This document shows, piece after piece, positions 7,650 to 16,485 of a DNA stretch of 20,000 nucleotides. Every line of letters starts with the position of its first letter. Positions within the stretch are counted from its first letter, which is position 1. Source of the stretch: an uncultured virus (IMG/VR IMGVR_UViG_3300030330_004454) (taxonomy: Duplodnaviria; Heunggongvirae; Uroviricota; Caudoviricetes); IMG/VR virus record IMGVR_UViG_3300030330_004454. The stretch is one strand, 5' to 3'. A program made the translations under genes and the position numbers. The notes under the pieces are model-generated. The model had not been told where the DNA came from, ran no database searches, and worked only from the letters and a program-made list of their open reading frames with translations.

Positions 7650-8939
7650 TTAACCGGGAGTTCCATCTTGATCAGGATCTTCTTGGATACCATACTTACG
7701 ATCATTCAAGCCTTCGTACTCCCATGCAGTTACAACACCAACAGCATCCCAGTCGTATGGGGCGGCCTTGAGTCCAGCGGGAAGATCTGTTCCACCAGTA
7801 CCCATAACCGTAGTACTATTGTGACCAAGTTGCGTAACATCAAAGTCATTGAAGTTACTATAGGAGTAAGTATTTGAAACGTTACCACCAGTAGCATCAC
7901 CTCCACCGTAAGTCACTGAAGACAATCTATTTTTACCACCAAGGTCAAAACATATACCACATCTTAGAGGAATCCAAATTCTTTCTTCGGATGTGTTGTT
8001 ACCAGAGTCTTTTGTCTGGAATAGTCTAGGATCACCAACTTCAGCCGCTTCAACGAAGTCACCAGAGGTTGCAATCGCTTCAATTTCACAGCTAACTTCA
8101 ACAGGGAAGTTAGCAGGACGATAGTAAGGACTTTTTCTACCAAGCTCGAAAACATCGTCACGACTAAAGTCAGTACTAATTGAAACATTTTGAAGGTGAA
8201 TAAGTGGCTTTTTATCGTTAGGATCACTGTCATCCCAAGCATTTCCATAAGAGGGATTACCCGTTGGCATTGGATAGATGCTTTTTGGCATAACAGCAAA
8301 CTCTATCAGAACATCTTCACGTCTTTGAATACCACCAGAGGCGGTGTGAGAAGAGTTTCTACCTGCTGCCAATGCCTGTGGATCATCAAGTCCGTCAAGA
8401 AGAGTTACATCAGTGTTACTAAAATTAACCGTTCCCTTACCGGCATGTAGCCATTTTTTATCGTTGCCAACCAAAGTTACAGATTCTGTACAGTTTCCAT
8501 CTACAGGAATACTGTAACTAACACTGGAGATATACATACCAGTACAACGAACTTCAACCTCTGCGCTACCTGTATCTGCTGCTGCAACATTGTCAAACTC
8601 TTCTCCAAAAATACCAAGAGACAAATCGCATCGTTCTTTAGATCGAGCAAGAAGACCGCTAGCATTGGTTCCAACGACACCAGTAGAGGCCATTAGATAA
8701 ATAAGCGGGTATCCGTCAATCACTTTTTCTAAGGTTACTTCAATATCTGGAGTACCTTCGATGTTCTCGTAAATCTCAATCTGACCAAGCTCAAAAGCTT
8801 GCTCTAGGTTGAAACTTGTGGTCATACCGATACTCTGCACGCCGTGAACTGTTCCAGAGGCACTGGGATCATCGGCTTTGCCGCTCTCCACTATCTTGAC
8901 GGCTTGACAGGAATATAAAATTCTATTATTAGCTGACAT
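7650..8939 (-). CDS. Major tail (tube) protein, 429 aa
   Basis: Strong AAGGAGAG RBS; acidic and beta-rich. Tube-like motifs GVQSIGMTTSFNLEQAFELGQIEIYE and LQNVSISTDFSRDDVFELGR. Canonical position between terminator and chaperone/TMP genes. Confidence 0.75.
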   Translation of the reverse strand: MSANNRILYSCQAVKIVESGKADDPSASGTVHGVQSIGMTTSFNLEQAFELGQIEIYENIEGTPDIEVTLEKVIDGYPLIYLMASTGVVGTNASGLLARSKERCDLSLGIFGEEFDNVAAADTGSAEVEVRCTGMYISSVSYSIPVDGNCTESVTLVGNDKKWLHAGKGTVNFSNTDVTLLDGLDDPQALAAGRNSSHTASGGIQRREDVLIEFAVMPKSIYPMPTGNPSYGNAWDDSDPNDKKPLIHLQNVSISTDFSRDDVFELGRKSPYYRPANFPVEVSCEIEAIATSGDFVEAAEVGDPRLFQTKDSGNNTSEERIWIPLRCGICFDLGGKNRLSSVTYGGGDATGGNVSNTYSYSNFNDFDVTQLGHNSTTVMGTGGTDLPAGLKAAPYDWDAVGVVTAWEYEGLNDRKYGIQEDPDQDGTPG

Positions 8940-8976
8940 TTGTTGTCTCTCCTTTTTGAAGAAAAATTTCTACTTT

Positions 8977-8986
8977 ATTATACACA
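8977..8986 (-). promoter_or_regulatory. Putative promoter element (TGTGTATAAT) upstream of the major tail gene
   Basis: Perfect TATAAT at 8982-8977 in the 53-nt intergenic gap, 37 nt upstream of the ATG; no sigma70-type -35 at normal spacing. Confidence 0.45.
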
Positions 8987-8992
8987 AAATCT

Positions 8993-9964
8993 TTAAATAT
9001 TTGTTTTCACGCCCTCAGTAGTGTATCTGACGATACCACCGAAAATATCCTGTCCTAACATACTCATATCTTGAACCCTGACGTTTGTTAACCTTAATTT
9101 TCCTCCGTTATGCAAATCACATAAATCTGGATATTGCAAAGCATAAGACACCGGCTTACCCCTGTAATCCAGAGGATAATCACCAGCATCACTAATCGAA
9201 TTTATGTCTAGTAGGCTGATAGTTTTGTCACTTTGCAGGGAAATTACGTCTAAAAGCTTGTTTCTAGTTATCTCATCCTCTGCTATACAATGAAAAAGCA
9301 CATCCGTATAAACAAATTGACCCCCTCCCAATTGGTATCCTTTAAATTTTCTAGTTGGAACAACCTCTATAGCAATTGCAGGTAATTGTAATCTAGCTTC
9401 TGGAGGTATATCCCAAGAAGATTTATCTTTTTCGTAAAAAATGCTTGTTGGCTCTGTGGTGTTTTGCTGAATTTCTCTTAACCAAGGTACGTTATTTGCG
9501 TAAACTACATTTATCCACTTGTAACTATACTCAACCTGAACTTTAGAAGTAGTAGATATAGCAGAATCAAAAATTACCCTACCATTATAATAGTCTACAT
9601 AATGAGCGTATTGACCGACTCCAGAACTTGGTTCAAATTGATTGTTTACATAAATACCGGATATTCCGGGATTAACAGCATCATCACCAACCATAGGTGA
9701 AGGCGTATGGTTAACTCCACTCTGCCAAACCCAGTTTTTTCTGAACCCCTCCCAGACCTGTCCGTTTGTATAGTTGGGATCAGAAGAAAGTCTTAACTTG
9801 CTATAATCATGACCCTCTGGAGAAATCTCACCCAAAGTTACGTTAAAATAATTCCCAACATCCAACAAAGCCCAATCAAAATATTCAACCAAGCCGTCCT
9901 GAATACCATTAGTTAAATGATACTCATGAATACTATTTATTGCTTTTAAAGGTTGATATGACAT
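8993..9964 (-). CDS. Putative tail terminator/completion protein, 323 aa, with an extra beta-rich region
   Basis: C-terminal half LQLPAIAIEVV...YQLGGG...DVLFHCIAEDEITRNKLLDVI matches the pattern of siphovirus tail terminators. It lies immediately upstream of the tube gene, with a TAATG overlap at 9964. Confidence 0.6.
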   Translation of the reverse strand: MSYQPLKAINSIHEYHLTNGIQDGLVEYFDWALLDVGNYFNVTLGEISPEGHDYSKLRLSSDPNYTNGQVWEGFRKNWVWQSGVNHTPSPMVGDDAVNPGISGIYVNNQFEPSSGVGQYAHYVDYYNGRVIFDSAISTTSKVQVEYSYKWINVVYANNVPWLREIQQNTTEPTSIFYEKDKSSWDIPPEARLQLPAIAIEVVPTRKFKGYQLGGGQFVYTDVLFHCIAEDEITRNKLLDVISLQSDKTISLLDINSISDAGDYPLDYRGKPVSYALQYPDLCDLHNGGKLRLTNVRVQDMSMLGQDIFGGIVRYTTEGVKTNI

Positions 9965-10593
9965 TATTCAAATATCCCCATAAGTATGGACGACACTTCT
10001 TTTTCTTTGCCGGAAAAAGCTCTAGTTACAAAATTATCTTCTACGGTTCCAGAGAATGAAGGAGAAACTCTAAAAGCTGTTCCTTTTGTCATTGTACCTC
10101 CCCCAGATCTACCTCCATCTCCCGGCTCGTAATTATATCCAATAACTATAGTTTTGTCGCCAAGAGTCAAAAGCCAGTCTAACCAATGCAAATCAGCGCC
10201 TTTTTCTGTTCTAACGTGACCCTCAGAAAGTCCAAGTAAGTTTAGGAATTGACTTGGCTGGCAAAAAATTTCTATTCCGCCAGATAGTTTCTGATTAACT
10301 TTTGTTATTTTTATCTCAGTAGATTCCACTATAGAGTTTACTATTTTATCAACAGCCAAATCTGGAGTCCCCGGAGGAAGACCAAACTGTGCGTTCAAAG
10401 AACCTTTCTCCCCTTGAGCTAAAAGGCTTTGTATTTCCGGTTGCGATCTAACCCAAGACTCAGCACTCCCCTTAAAAATACCCAGTATTCTCTTATTTTT
10501 TTTCCTAATTTGACTATTCATATAGTCAGCTATAGCTTTGTTTATATTGCTTTGGATTTGTTGATCGCTTTCTAGTAATTTTAAAGTTATCAT
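9964..10593 (-). CDS. Putative neck/tail completion protein (HK97 gp10-like position), about 209 aa
   Basis: ATG 10593 sits 1 nt after the upstream stop, so I prefer it over the track's TTG 10614. WLDWLL and DNFVTRAF motifs; position between head closure and terminator genes. Confidence 0.5.
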   Translation of the reverse strand: MITLKLLESDQQIQSNINKAIADYMNSQIRKKNKRILGIFKGSAESWVRSQPEIQSLLAQGEKGSLNAQFGLPPGTPDLAVDKIVNSIVESTEIKITKVNQKLSGGIEIFCQPSQFLNLLGLSEGHVRTEKGADLHWLDWLLTLGDKTIVIGYNYEPGDGGRSGGGTMTKGTAFRVSPSFSGTVEDNFVTRAFSGKEKEVSSILMGIFE

Positions 10594-10594
10594 A

Positions 10595-11071
10595 TTATTC
10601 CCAAAAGCAAGCAAAGTATCTTTCTTGTCCTATACCCATTGGAAAAGGTTCGCCCTTCTTCTGGAACCTAAACTCCCTTAATTCTTTTATTGACTTGTGA
10701 ACAATGATCTCTTTTGCTCTCATTATCTTAGGTAGGTCAGTCGCAAAAAAGATTGTCTGCACACCTCTTTCTGGGAAAACTATATTTCCGCCGGGATTTA
10801 CCCAACTCTTGCTATCCCAATATACTTTAAGTTTAATGTCTTCAGTTTTTTCTACTTCTTTTATTGTTTTGTTATTCCTTTTATAGTTGCCGCCCCCCGG
10901 CCTACGATGAGGATTGATTGATCTATTGTCTGGAATATTATTAAATGAATTGTCAATTACTTCAACTTTTTCTATGTATACTAATTGACATGTGACACCA
11001 AATATATTAAATGTGGAGTCAACTACATCGTAGTATTTATCGAATACTGACTGAGGTATTGTAATTGGCAT
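10595..11071 (-). CDS. Putative head-closure/stopper protein, 158 aa
   Basis: Small beta-rich protein ending in ...PFPMGIGQERYFACFW; position in the head-tail cluster. Confidence 0.5.
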   Translation of the reverse strand: MPITIPQSVFDKYYDVVDSTFNIFGVTCQLVYIEKVEVIDNSFNNIPDNRSINPHRRPGGGNYKRNNKTIKEVEKTEDIKLKVYWDSKSWVNPGGNIVFPERGVQTIFFATDLPKIMRAKEIIVHKSIKELREFRFQKKGEPFPMGIGQERYFACFWE

Positions 11072-11072
11072 A

Positions 11073-11270
11073 TTAGTTAGCCGTATCTCCAGAGTAATAT
11101 CTTACTTCATCCATTCTATCTTCCAATCTAGTGAACAAAGTACCAGAAGGAACAAAAGAATTTAAGTCTGGATCTCTTTTAGAAGTAGAACCAGTCTTGG
11201 TTTGGTATACTACCATAGAACCATTTTTTATAGTGTTGGAACCAATTACTGGTTGTAATACATCTGACAT
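11073..11270 (-). CDS. Small hypothetical protein, 65 aa
   Basis: GGAGAG RBS; fills the gap between two genes. Confidence 0.7.
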   Translation of the reverse strand: MSDVLQPVIGSNTIKNGSMVVYQTKTGSTSKRDPDLNSFVPSGTLFTRLEDRMDEVRYYSGDTAN

Positions 11271-11285
11271 TTTTCTCTCCGATTG

Positions 11286-12227
11286 TTACGATAATTGAAT
11301 TTTGACCCAACTTGTACCATTAGCTATCATCAAATAGTTGTCACCAGTGCTAAATGCTAATACCCCTGCCTGATCCGCCGATATGTCGTTATCCGTATAT
11401 AAATTAAATGTAGGAATTGCTAAGTTTCCGCTGCTATTTATTATTTGATTTACACCCTGTATGTCGTCAAACCTGAGAGGTCTAAATACTGGGTAGTCAC
11501 TAACACAACCACAATCTCCAGATGGTCCAGCGAAAACTTGACTAGGAGGTTGTTTTTTAAATAGTAACCTTTGGTCAACAAGGCCACTTAAACTAAATAC
11601 ATCGTCTGTCCCCGTCGTATCGTCTAACTCGCTCCTAAGAAATGGCTCTAGCTGCCTTCCTCCAGAGTAAGAAACACTAACTCCAGAAAACATTACTCCT
11701 GAATCACCCACAATAACTCCAGAAGAGCGAATTGCAGATTTTTCTATTTGACCACGAACATCCAAAGGATATTCAGGATTTCCAAGTATTCCTAGATATT
11801 TATCTTGATTGTTCCAAACTATGTTCTCGTCATACGACAGGATCTGTTCAGAACCCCAAAAAGCAACACCACTTGCGTCTGGCTGTTTAAAGTCAGCTTG
11901 ACCGCTGGCTGTAAAAACAGAAAACTTACCGGGATAAGTTACATAAACTTCTTTAAGACCTGTGTTAAAATTAACTAAGTTGTCAGAATTTGAGCTTTCC
12001 GCAGGAAATCTGGCTTCTATGTAATGATTAACCGTATCAAATGCGTAAATGCCAGAACCGACCTCGTAATCTGTACCATCAGAAATTGCATAGAAAAAAG
12101 AATCCCCAGAAACATAAGCTTCAGAAAATCTACTAGAACCTGCAAAAGCCCCGTCTAGATCTAGTCTGCCTGTTCCAATGGAATGGCTTTTTTCTTTTAT
12201 TCTGTCAGCTAATTTTATGTTTGACAT
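11286..12227 (-). CDS. Fibre/appendage-like virion protein, 313 aa
   Basis: N-terminal LADRIKEKSHSIGTG...YAISDGTDYEVGSGIY resembles the LADRVKETxxTTGTG...WEVGxGTY module of phage fibre proteins. Also carries a VFAGP...PVFRPL motif. AGGT RBS. Confidence 0.65.
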   Translation of the reverse strand: MSNIKLADRIKEKSHSIGTGRLDLDGAFAGSSRFSEAYVSGDSFFYAISDGTDYEVGSGIYAFDTVNHYIEARFPAESSNSDNLVNFNTGLKEVYVTYPGKFSVFTASGQADFKQPDASGVAFWGSEQILSYDENIVWNNQDKYLGILGNPEYPLDVRGQIEKSAIRSSGVIVGDSGVMFSGVSVSYSGGRQLEPFLRSELDDTTGTDDVFSLSGLVDQRLLFKKQPPSQVFAGPSGDCGCVSDYPVFRPLRFDDIQGVNQIINSSGNLAIPTFNLYTDNDISADQAGVLAFSTGDNYLMIANGTSWVKIQLS

Positions 12228-12236
12228 AACTACCTA

Positions 12237-13178
12237 TTAAGATACAGTTGGTGCTGGACCGATCATTTCAGATCCGGGATTCATAGCATAAATAACAAGA
12301 TCATTTTGCGCTGCGTCAACTAGGTCTCCATCATCTTGCTCAACCCTAAAGTGGATGCTTCTAAGAGCGGTTCCGTCATTACCTTCTCTTAGCAAGAGAC
12401 CAACAGTATTAGGTTCCATTGATGAATAGGTTGTATCATCACCTAAACCGTTACTATTTCCAACAGCAACATAATTATTATTATCAAAAGTACCACTTGT
12501 AAACGTAATTTTGTAGGTTCCCTGAGTAATTCTTTGGATGCCAGAAACATTATAATATCCGTTAACGCTTGGTGGAGCGCCACCAGAGAAAGAAATCCAA
12601 GCTTTTGCAACACCGTGAAAGCTGTCGGCAGCACTACTGTCTTTGTTAAACTTCAGGTTGCCAGAGGTTCCGACTAGAACATCATCCCCCACTGTAGGAC
12701 TATTATAAACAAAAGCGATACCATTATCTTCGCTGGAGCCATTAACCTCTCCAGATGAGTTTATCCAGTTAGATTGTAGAGCAAGATTTCCAGTCATCGC
12801 CCTAGTACCGTTAACGTTTAGGTACTGAGTGTGAGGGTCTCCAGCAGTTAGTCCAGCTAAATCATTATGCTGTATATTTCCCGGACCAAGCCAAGGGTCG
12901 GTTTGAATGCTAGTACTGTCTACTGGGCTGTTTGGGAACTTTAAACCAGACTCTGGTATGAACAAACCTCCGTTCGTTGATATTTTTTTTGCTCTAACAT
13001 CATTGAAGAATGGAAATTCAACGTCTGTATCACCGCTAGCAACAATTCTATTAATAGAAAATGCAGTGTCCTCCATGTTATGGCGAACGTCTTCAGCGGA
13101 AATAAGTCCAGCATTATTATCTGCTAGGTCTGTGCTAATACTGGTAATCAAATCACCAGAGCTTTTCATCGTAGGCAT
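12237..13178 (-). CDS. Fibre/appendage-like virion protein, 313 aa
   Basis: AGGAGAG RBS. HNDLAGL..GDPHTQYL...RAMTGNL fibre shaft motif; C-terminal AKAWISF...NVSGI...GTYKITF resembles a widespread fibre tip domain. Confidence 0.7.
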   Translation of the reverse strand: MPTMKSSGDLITSISTDLADNNAGLISAEDVRHNMEDTAFSINRIVASGDTDVEFPFFNDVRAKKISTNGGLFIPESGLKFPNSPVDSTSIQTDPWLGPGNIQHNDLAGLTAGDPHTQYLNVNGTRAMTGNLALQSNWINSSGEVNGSSEDNGIAFVYNSPTVGDDVLVGTSGNLKFNKDSSAADSFHGVAKAWISFSGGAPPSVNGYYNVSGIQRITQGTYKITFTSGTFDNNNYVAVGNSNGLGDDTTYSSMEPNTVGLLLREGNDGTALRSIHFRVEQDDGDLVDAAQNDLVIYAMNPGSEMIGPAPTVS

Positions 13179-13188
13179 TTATTCTCTC

Positions 13189-13707
13189 CTAATAGTTAAA
13201 ATATCCACCTGATCTGTGGTCCGTATTGTTTCTAGTTATACCATCTGCACCCGGAGCATATGGTCCAAGTATCGCGTGACCAGCGACACTACTACCGGCT
13301 CTATATTCTAAAAGTAAATTTTCGTATTTTTCACATAAATCTTTATATAAAATAGTAAGAGTTTGGGTTACGCCCCTGAGATCAATCGCAGAAGGACCAT
13401 CTTTGATAGAAATTGCGTTTCCCGACTCACTTCTTATTTCACTACCTATAATTATACACGCAGCGCGCAAGCAAGATAGAGTTACAAAAGGGTTGTCTTT
13501 AGTTGCTGCATCCGTGGGATCTGGAGACAATAGACAAGATTCTACATTAATATCATACGTATTATTAAAATCTACATTCATAATCATCAACTGAGAAGCA
13601 ACCAAAATAGAGGTTTCTATCCTTTGGTCACTATATTTGTAGGACGAAGAGTCTAGATCATTTACTAGATGTCTTACAATCGTGGACATTTGACCTTGCC
13701 AACTCAT
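13189..13707 (-). CDS. Putative head-tail adaptor/connector, 172 aa
   Basis: VRHLVND...YKYSDQRI, a helix, then a beta-hairpin (ISIKDGPSAIDL), the typical layout of gp15/gp6-type adaptors. GAGG RBS. Confidence 0.6.
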   Translation of the reverse strand: MSWQGQMSTIVRHLVNDLDSSSYKYSDQRIETSILVASQLMIMNVDFNNTYDINVESCLLSPDPTDAATKDNPFVTLSCLRAACIIIGSEIRSESGNAISIKDGPSAIDLRGVTQTLTILYKDLCEKYENLLLEYRAGSSVAGHAILGPYAPGADGITRNNTDHRSGGYFNY

Positions 13708-13715
13708 AAATACCT

Positions 13716-14033
13716 CTATAAATTACAGTGTACTTTAAATGTGTGAATATCTGTATAGAAAGTCCCACTACCCCCACCAAGAAAAACTCTTCCTTGAAGT
13801 TTGTAGTTTCCAGCTTCGTCCAAATCTCCCGCAACCGCATCATAATACATCACGCCCGAAACCGAACTTCCATCGTCTAGTCTCAGAGCAGATCTATTTA
13901 TAATAGTATCGCTGGGTTTTCTAAAGTCTACCTGTAGTGCAGCAGCACCGGAAATGTTGACAACATCTGAGCCATCTTTTACCGTTAGTAAAAATCTAGT
14001 TCCTATGTCATCTTTATGTATTTCGCTAGCCAT
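13716..14033 (-). CDS. BppU-N/DUF2479-like Ig-fold virion protein, 105 aa
   Basis: DDIGTRFLLTVKDG..VNISGA...FRKPSD...GVMYY....DLDEAGNYKLQGRV pattern. Confidence 0.6.
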   Translation of the reverse strand: MASEIHKDDIGTRFLLTVKDGSDVVNISGAAALQVDFRKPSDTIINRSALRLDDGSSVSGVMYYDAVAGDLDEAGNYKLQGRVFLGGGSGTFYTDIHTFKVHCNL

Positions 14034-14046
14034 TTACTTTTCCAAC

Positions 14047-14244
14047 TTACTTATTTGTATCCGTGATAAATGATTCTTCTACATTAATATACACGATATC
14101 TTCGTGTTTTTGCTTAACGTGAAGATTTTTTAACAACTCCTGATCTATTGATATATTATACTCTACAACCTCTCCGTTGAACGTCTTGGTCATTTCTTCA
14201 GAGGTGCAGGCCGGAAATTCGCTATAACAAACACCTACAAACAT
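14047..14244 (-). CDS. Small putative virion protein, 65 aa
   Basis: TAATG overlap with the upstream gene; MFVGVCYSEFP resembles the MFGxxxFSExPF N-termini of phage structural proteins. Confidence 0.55.
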   Translation of the reverse strand: MFVGVCYSEFPACTSEEMTKTFNGEVVEYNISIDQELLKNLHVKQKHEDIVYINVEESFITDTNK

Positions 14245-14504
14245 TATACCGCCGGATCGTTAATAGTGACACTTGTATCTACAGAGCTAGCAGCTTGCTG
14301 CTTCGCTAATCTGATTTCGTAAGCTTTTACATTTTCTGCTAAATATTCTCTTACCATCCTGTTCGCAAACTGAGCAACAGTTTCTGGATTATCTACCTCT
14401 TCACCATTAATGATGACTTTTTCTGGTCTATTGTAGTTAGAAGCAACAGCCGTTAAGACTCTAACTACATCTGCATCTGCAATTTCTATTTTAAATTCTG
14501 CCAT
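14244..14504 (-). CDS. Small hypothetical protein, 86 aa, possibly fibre-associated
   Basis: AAGG RBS; NPETVAQFA motif followed by a helical C-terminus. Confidence 0.7.
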   Translation of the reverse strand: MAEFKIEIADADVVRVLTAVASNYNRPEKVIINGEEVDNPETVAQFANRMVREYLAENVKAYEIRLAKQQAASSVDTSVTINDPAV

Positions 14505-14524
14505 GATTTTTCCTTTGATAAATA

Positions 14525-15841
14525 TTAACTAGCTTTTAAGCCAACTTGAAGTGCGTTTAACTCAGATTGCGTGTAGCGGGTATCAGTTGCCGGATTGTTC
14601 TCTTGTATTTCTTGAAAAGTAGAGAAACTGCTACCCAATGCCATAGCGCTTCCATTGTGAACATCCCCACTAGCGAGATGAAAAGCGCCATTTGTCTTTG
14701 TAAAAAATTCTAGGTCAGTAGCACTACTTGCGTACTTTGCAGTAGCAATATATCTAATGCCATTTGCAGCAGTAATAGTTTCAGGATTGGCGGTCTCAAA
14801 AAGACCGCTTCCGGGATTTGCAAGAGTTACTGTGGTGTTGGTGTCAAAATCCAGCAAATTACCACTAACAGTTCCATCACTAACAGTAAACACATTGGTA
14901 AGATCAGTGCCACTTGCCCCGATAGGTAATCCTTGAACTCTCATGTCGCTTCCAAGAAAACTAGTATTGTTGCTTCCTGCATCGTCTATAAAGTAAAAAT
15001 CATCAAAAGTATGATTATACTCTGCCACCTGAGAATTATCGGCAGCATGATCTAGTAGAAAAGCATTCAGCAAAATTACTTCGTGAAGATTTGCACATTG
15101 ATTGTTTGAAACAGCGTTACCATCGCTATCTACTTCAACACTGTCGTTTAATCTTAATTCAAGATCATAGTTTTTGCTAGAGTTTTCAACTACTTGACAT
15201 TCTATTGTGTACCATGTGTCAGCAACCATTGCGGTTGCTCCAGTGCCTAAAGCGCTATGGTCCGTTGTAGAACCGCCCGCATTAACATATTCATCTTGAA
15301 CAAAGTTCTTCTGTTTAAAGCGTTTATTGGTTGAAACAGCATCGCTGGAAGGGTTAGAAGCATAAGTACTTCTAAAGGTTCTAGCGTATGTAGCATTACT
15401 ATTATTAAACAAATATGCTTTTAAGTAACCGGAAGAGTTATAAGATATTATTAACATAGGATTACCATTGTTATCAGCAATTGAAGCAATAACAGTCTCA
15501 TGAGTGTGGTTAATATTAGATGTTTTAAACGCAAAACCAAACGTAAAGCTCCCTAAAGCTTGCTGCTCTGGAAATGGAATTCTTGACCAAGTTCCTGTAT
15601 TTCCTAGATAATAGTTAGTGCCATCTTCATAGGATACTGACGTTTTGTGTTGCTCATGGTTTAATTTAATACCACTACTACCAGCGTATCTTCCCGCTAC
15701 ATCAAATTCTGTCAAAGTCCCCGGACTTATATTATAGGCGTGTCCAGCGTAAGCCGCTTGATGAGACATATCTATGCCGACCAACGCGCTTTTTGTTGTT
15801 GAATTTATTACATCAAAACCTTCTATATGAAGTAGGGTCAT
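14525..15841 (-). CDS. LamG/concanavalin-A-like virion protein, 438 aa; candidate receptor-binding or decoration protein
   Basis: N-terminal LLHIEGFD; internal FTFGFAFK, DTWYTIECQV, LELRLND and FDDFYFID; C-terminal NPAT...SELNALQVG. ATGA overlap with the upstream gene and GGAGAG RBS. Confidence 0.65.
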   Translation of the reverse strand: MTLLHIEGFDVINSTTKSALVGIDMSHQAAYAGHAYNISPGTLTEFDVAGRYAGSSGIKLNHEQHKTSVSYEDGTNYYLGNTGTWSRIPFPEQQALGSFTFGFAFKTSNINHTHETVIASIADNNGNPMLIISYNSSGYLKAYLFNNSNATYARTFRSTYASNPSSDAVSTNKRFKQKNFVQDEYVNAGGSTTDHSALGTGATAMVADTWYTIECQVVENSSKNYDLELRLNDSVEVDSDGNAVSNNQCANLHEVILLNAFLLDHAADNSQVAEYNHTFDDFYFIDDAGSNNTSFLGSDMRVQGLPIGASGTDLTNVFTVSDGTVSGNLLDFDTNTTVTLANPGSGLFETANPETITAANGIRYIATAKYASSATDLEFFTKTNGAFHLASGDVHNGSAMALGSSFSTFQEIQENNPATDTRYTQSELNALQVGLKAS

Positions 15842-16485
15842 AATAACTCTCCGATTAAATTTTGTATTTTGTCTTGATTTTTGCCTAAGTAAGTGCCGAT
15901 AGCAACACGTTCAGTTTCTGTGTAAATTGAGTGCCAGAAGGGTGAGAATGTATCTCTTATATAAAAAAATCTAAAATTCCAGCCTTTACTTTCTAAGCAG
16001 TCAACGAGTTCTCCGTTATCATCTTCATATCTAAAGTATGATTTAGCGTCTTCCACGCAATATGTGCAGTAAATCCTCCATCCAACTCTTGAGTTGTTAT
16101 GCCAACCCATATAACCGTTTTTTGGATATAACATTCTTCCGGTATTACTACAGTCTTTTTTTGGCAAATCTGAATTACCAGCAACAAACGAAGAGATACA
16201 ATCATGAATCTCAGCGCCAAACGGTTGCCCCGCTGTGGATTCACTCAGAGGAATCGTAGATTTGCAATTTGAATTTGAATTTAAATTTATATATTTTGCC
16301 TGCTTGAGTTTAACACTTTCTTTTACTAAATCTAAAAATTCTCTACTGGTGTAGTATTCATTGTTTCTTTGTTCTACAGAGTATCCTTTTAAAATTTCGT
16401 ATTTTTCTAAAAAACCACTTAACGATTCAGATAGTTCTGCTTTTAGGTCGTCTCTAAGTGAATAGTGCTTTCTCTCAATTATCAT
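15838..16485 (-). CDS. 2OG-Fe(II) oxygenase-like (DSBH) protein, about 215 aa
   Basis: YPKNGYMGWHNN...FWHSIYTETERVAIG gives H-x-N...H-x7-R. I prefer ATG 16485 (ATGA overlap, GAGAGG upstream) over the track's 16512. Confidence 0.55.
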   Translation of the reverse strand: MIIERKHYSLRDDLKAELSESLSGFLEKYEILKGYSVEQRNNEYYTSREFLDLVKESVKLKQAKYINLNSNSNCKSTIPLSESTAGQPFGAEIHDCISSFVAGNSDLPKKDCSNTGRMLYPKNGYMGWHNNSRVGWRIYCTYCVEDAKSYFRYEDDNGELVDCLESKGWNFRFFYIRDTFSPFWHSIYTETERVAIGTYLGKNQDKIQNLIGELL

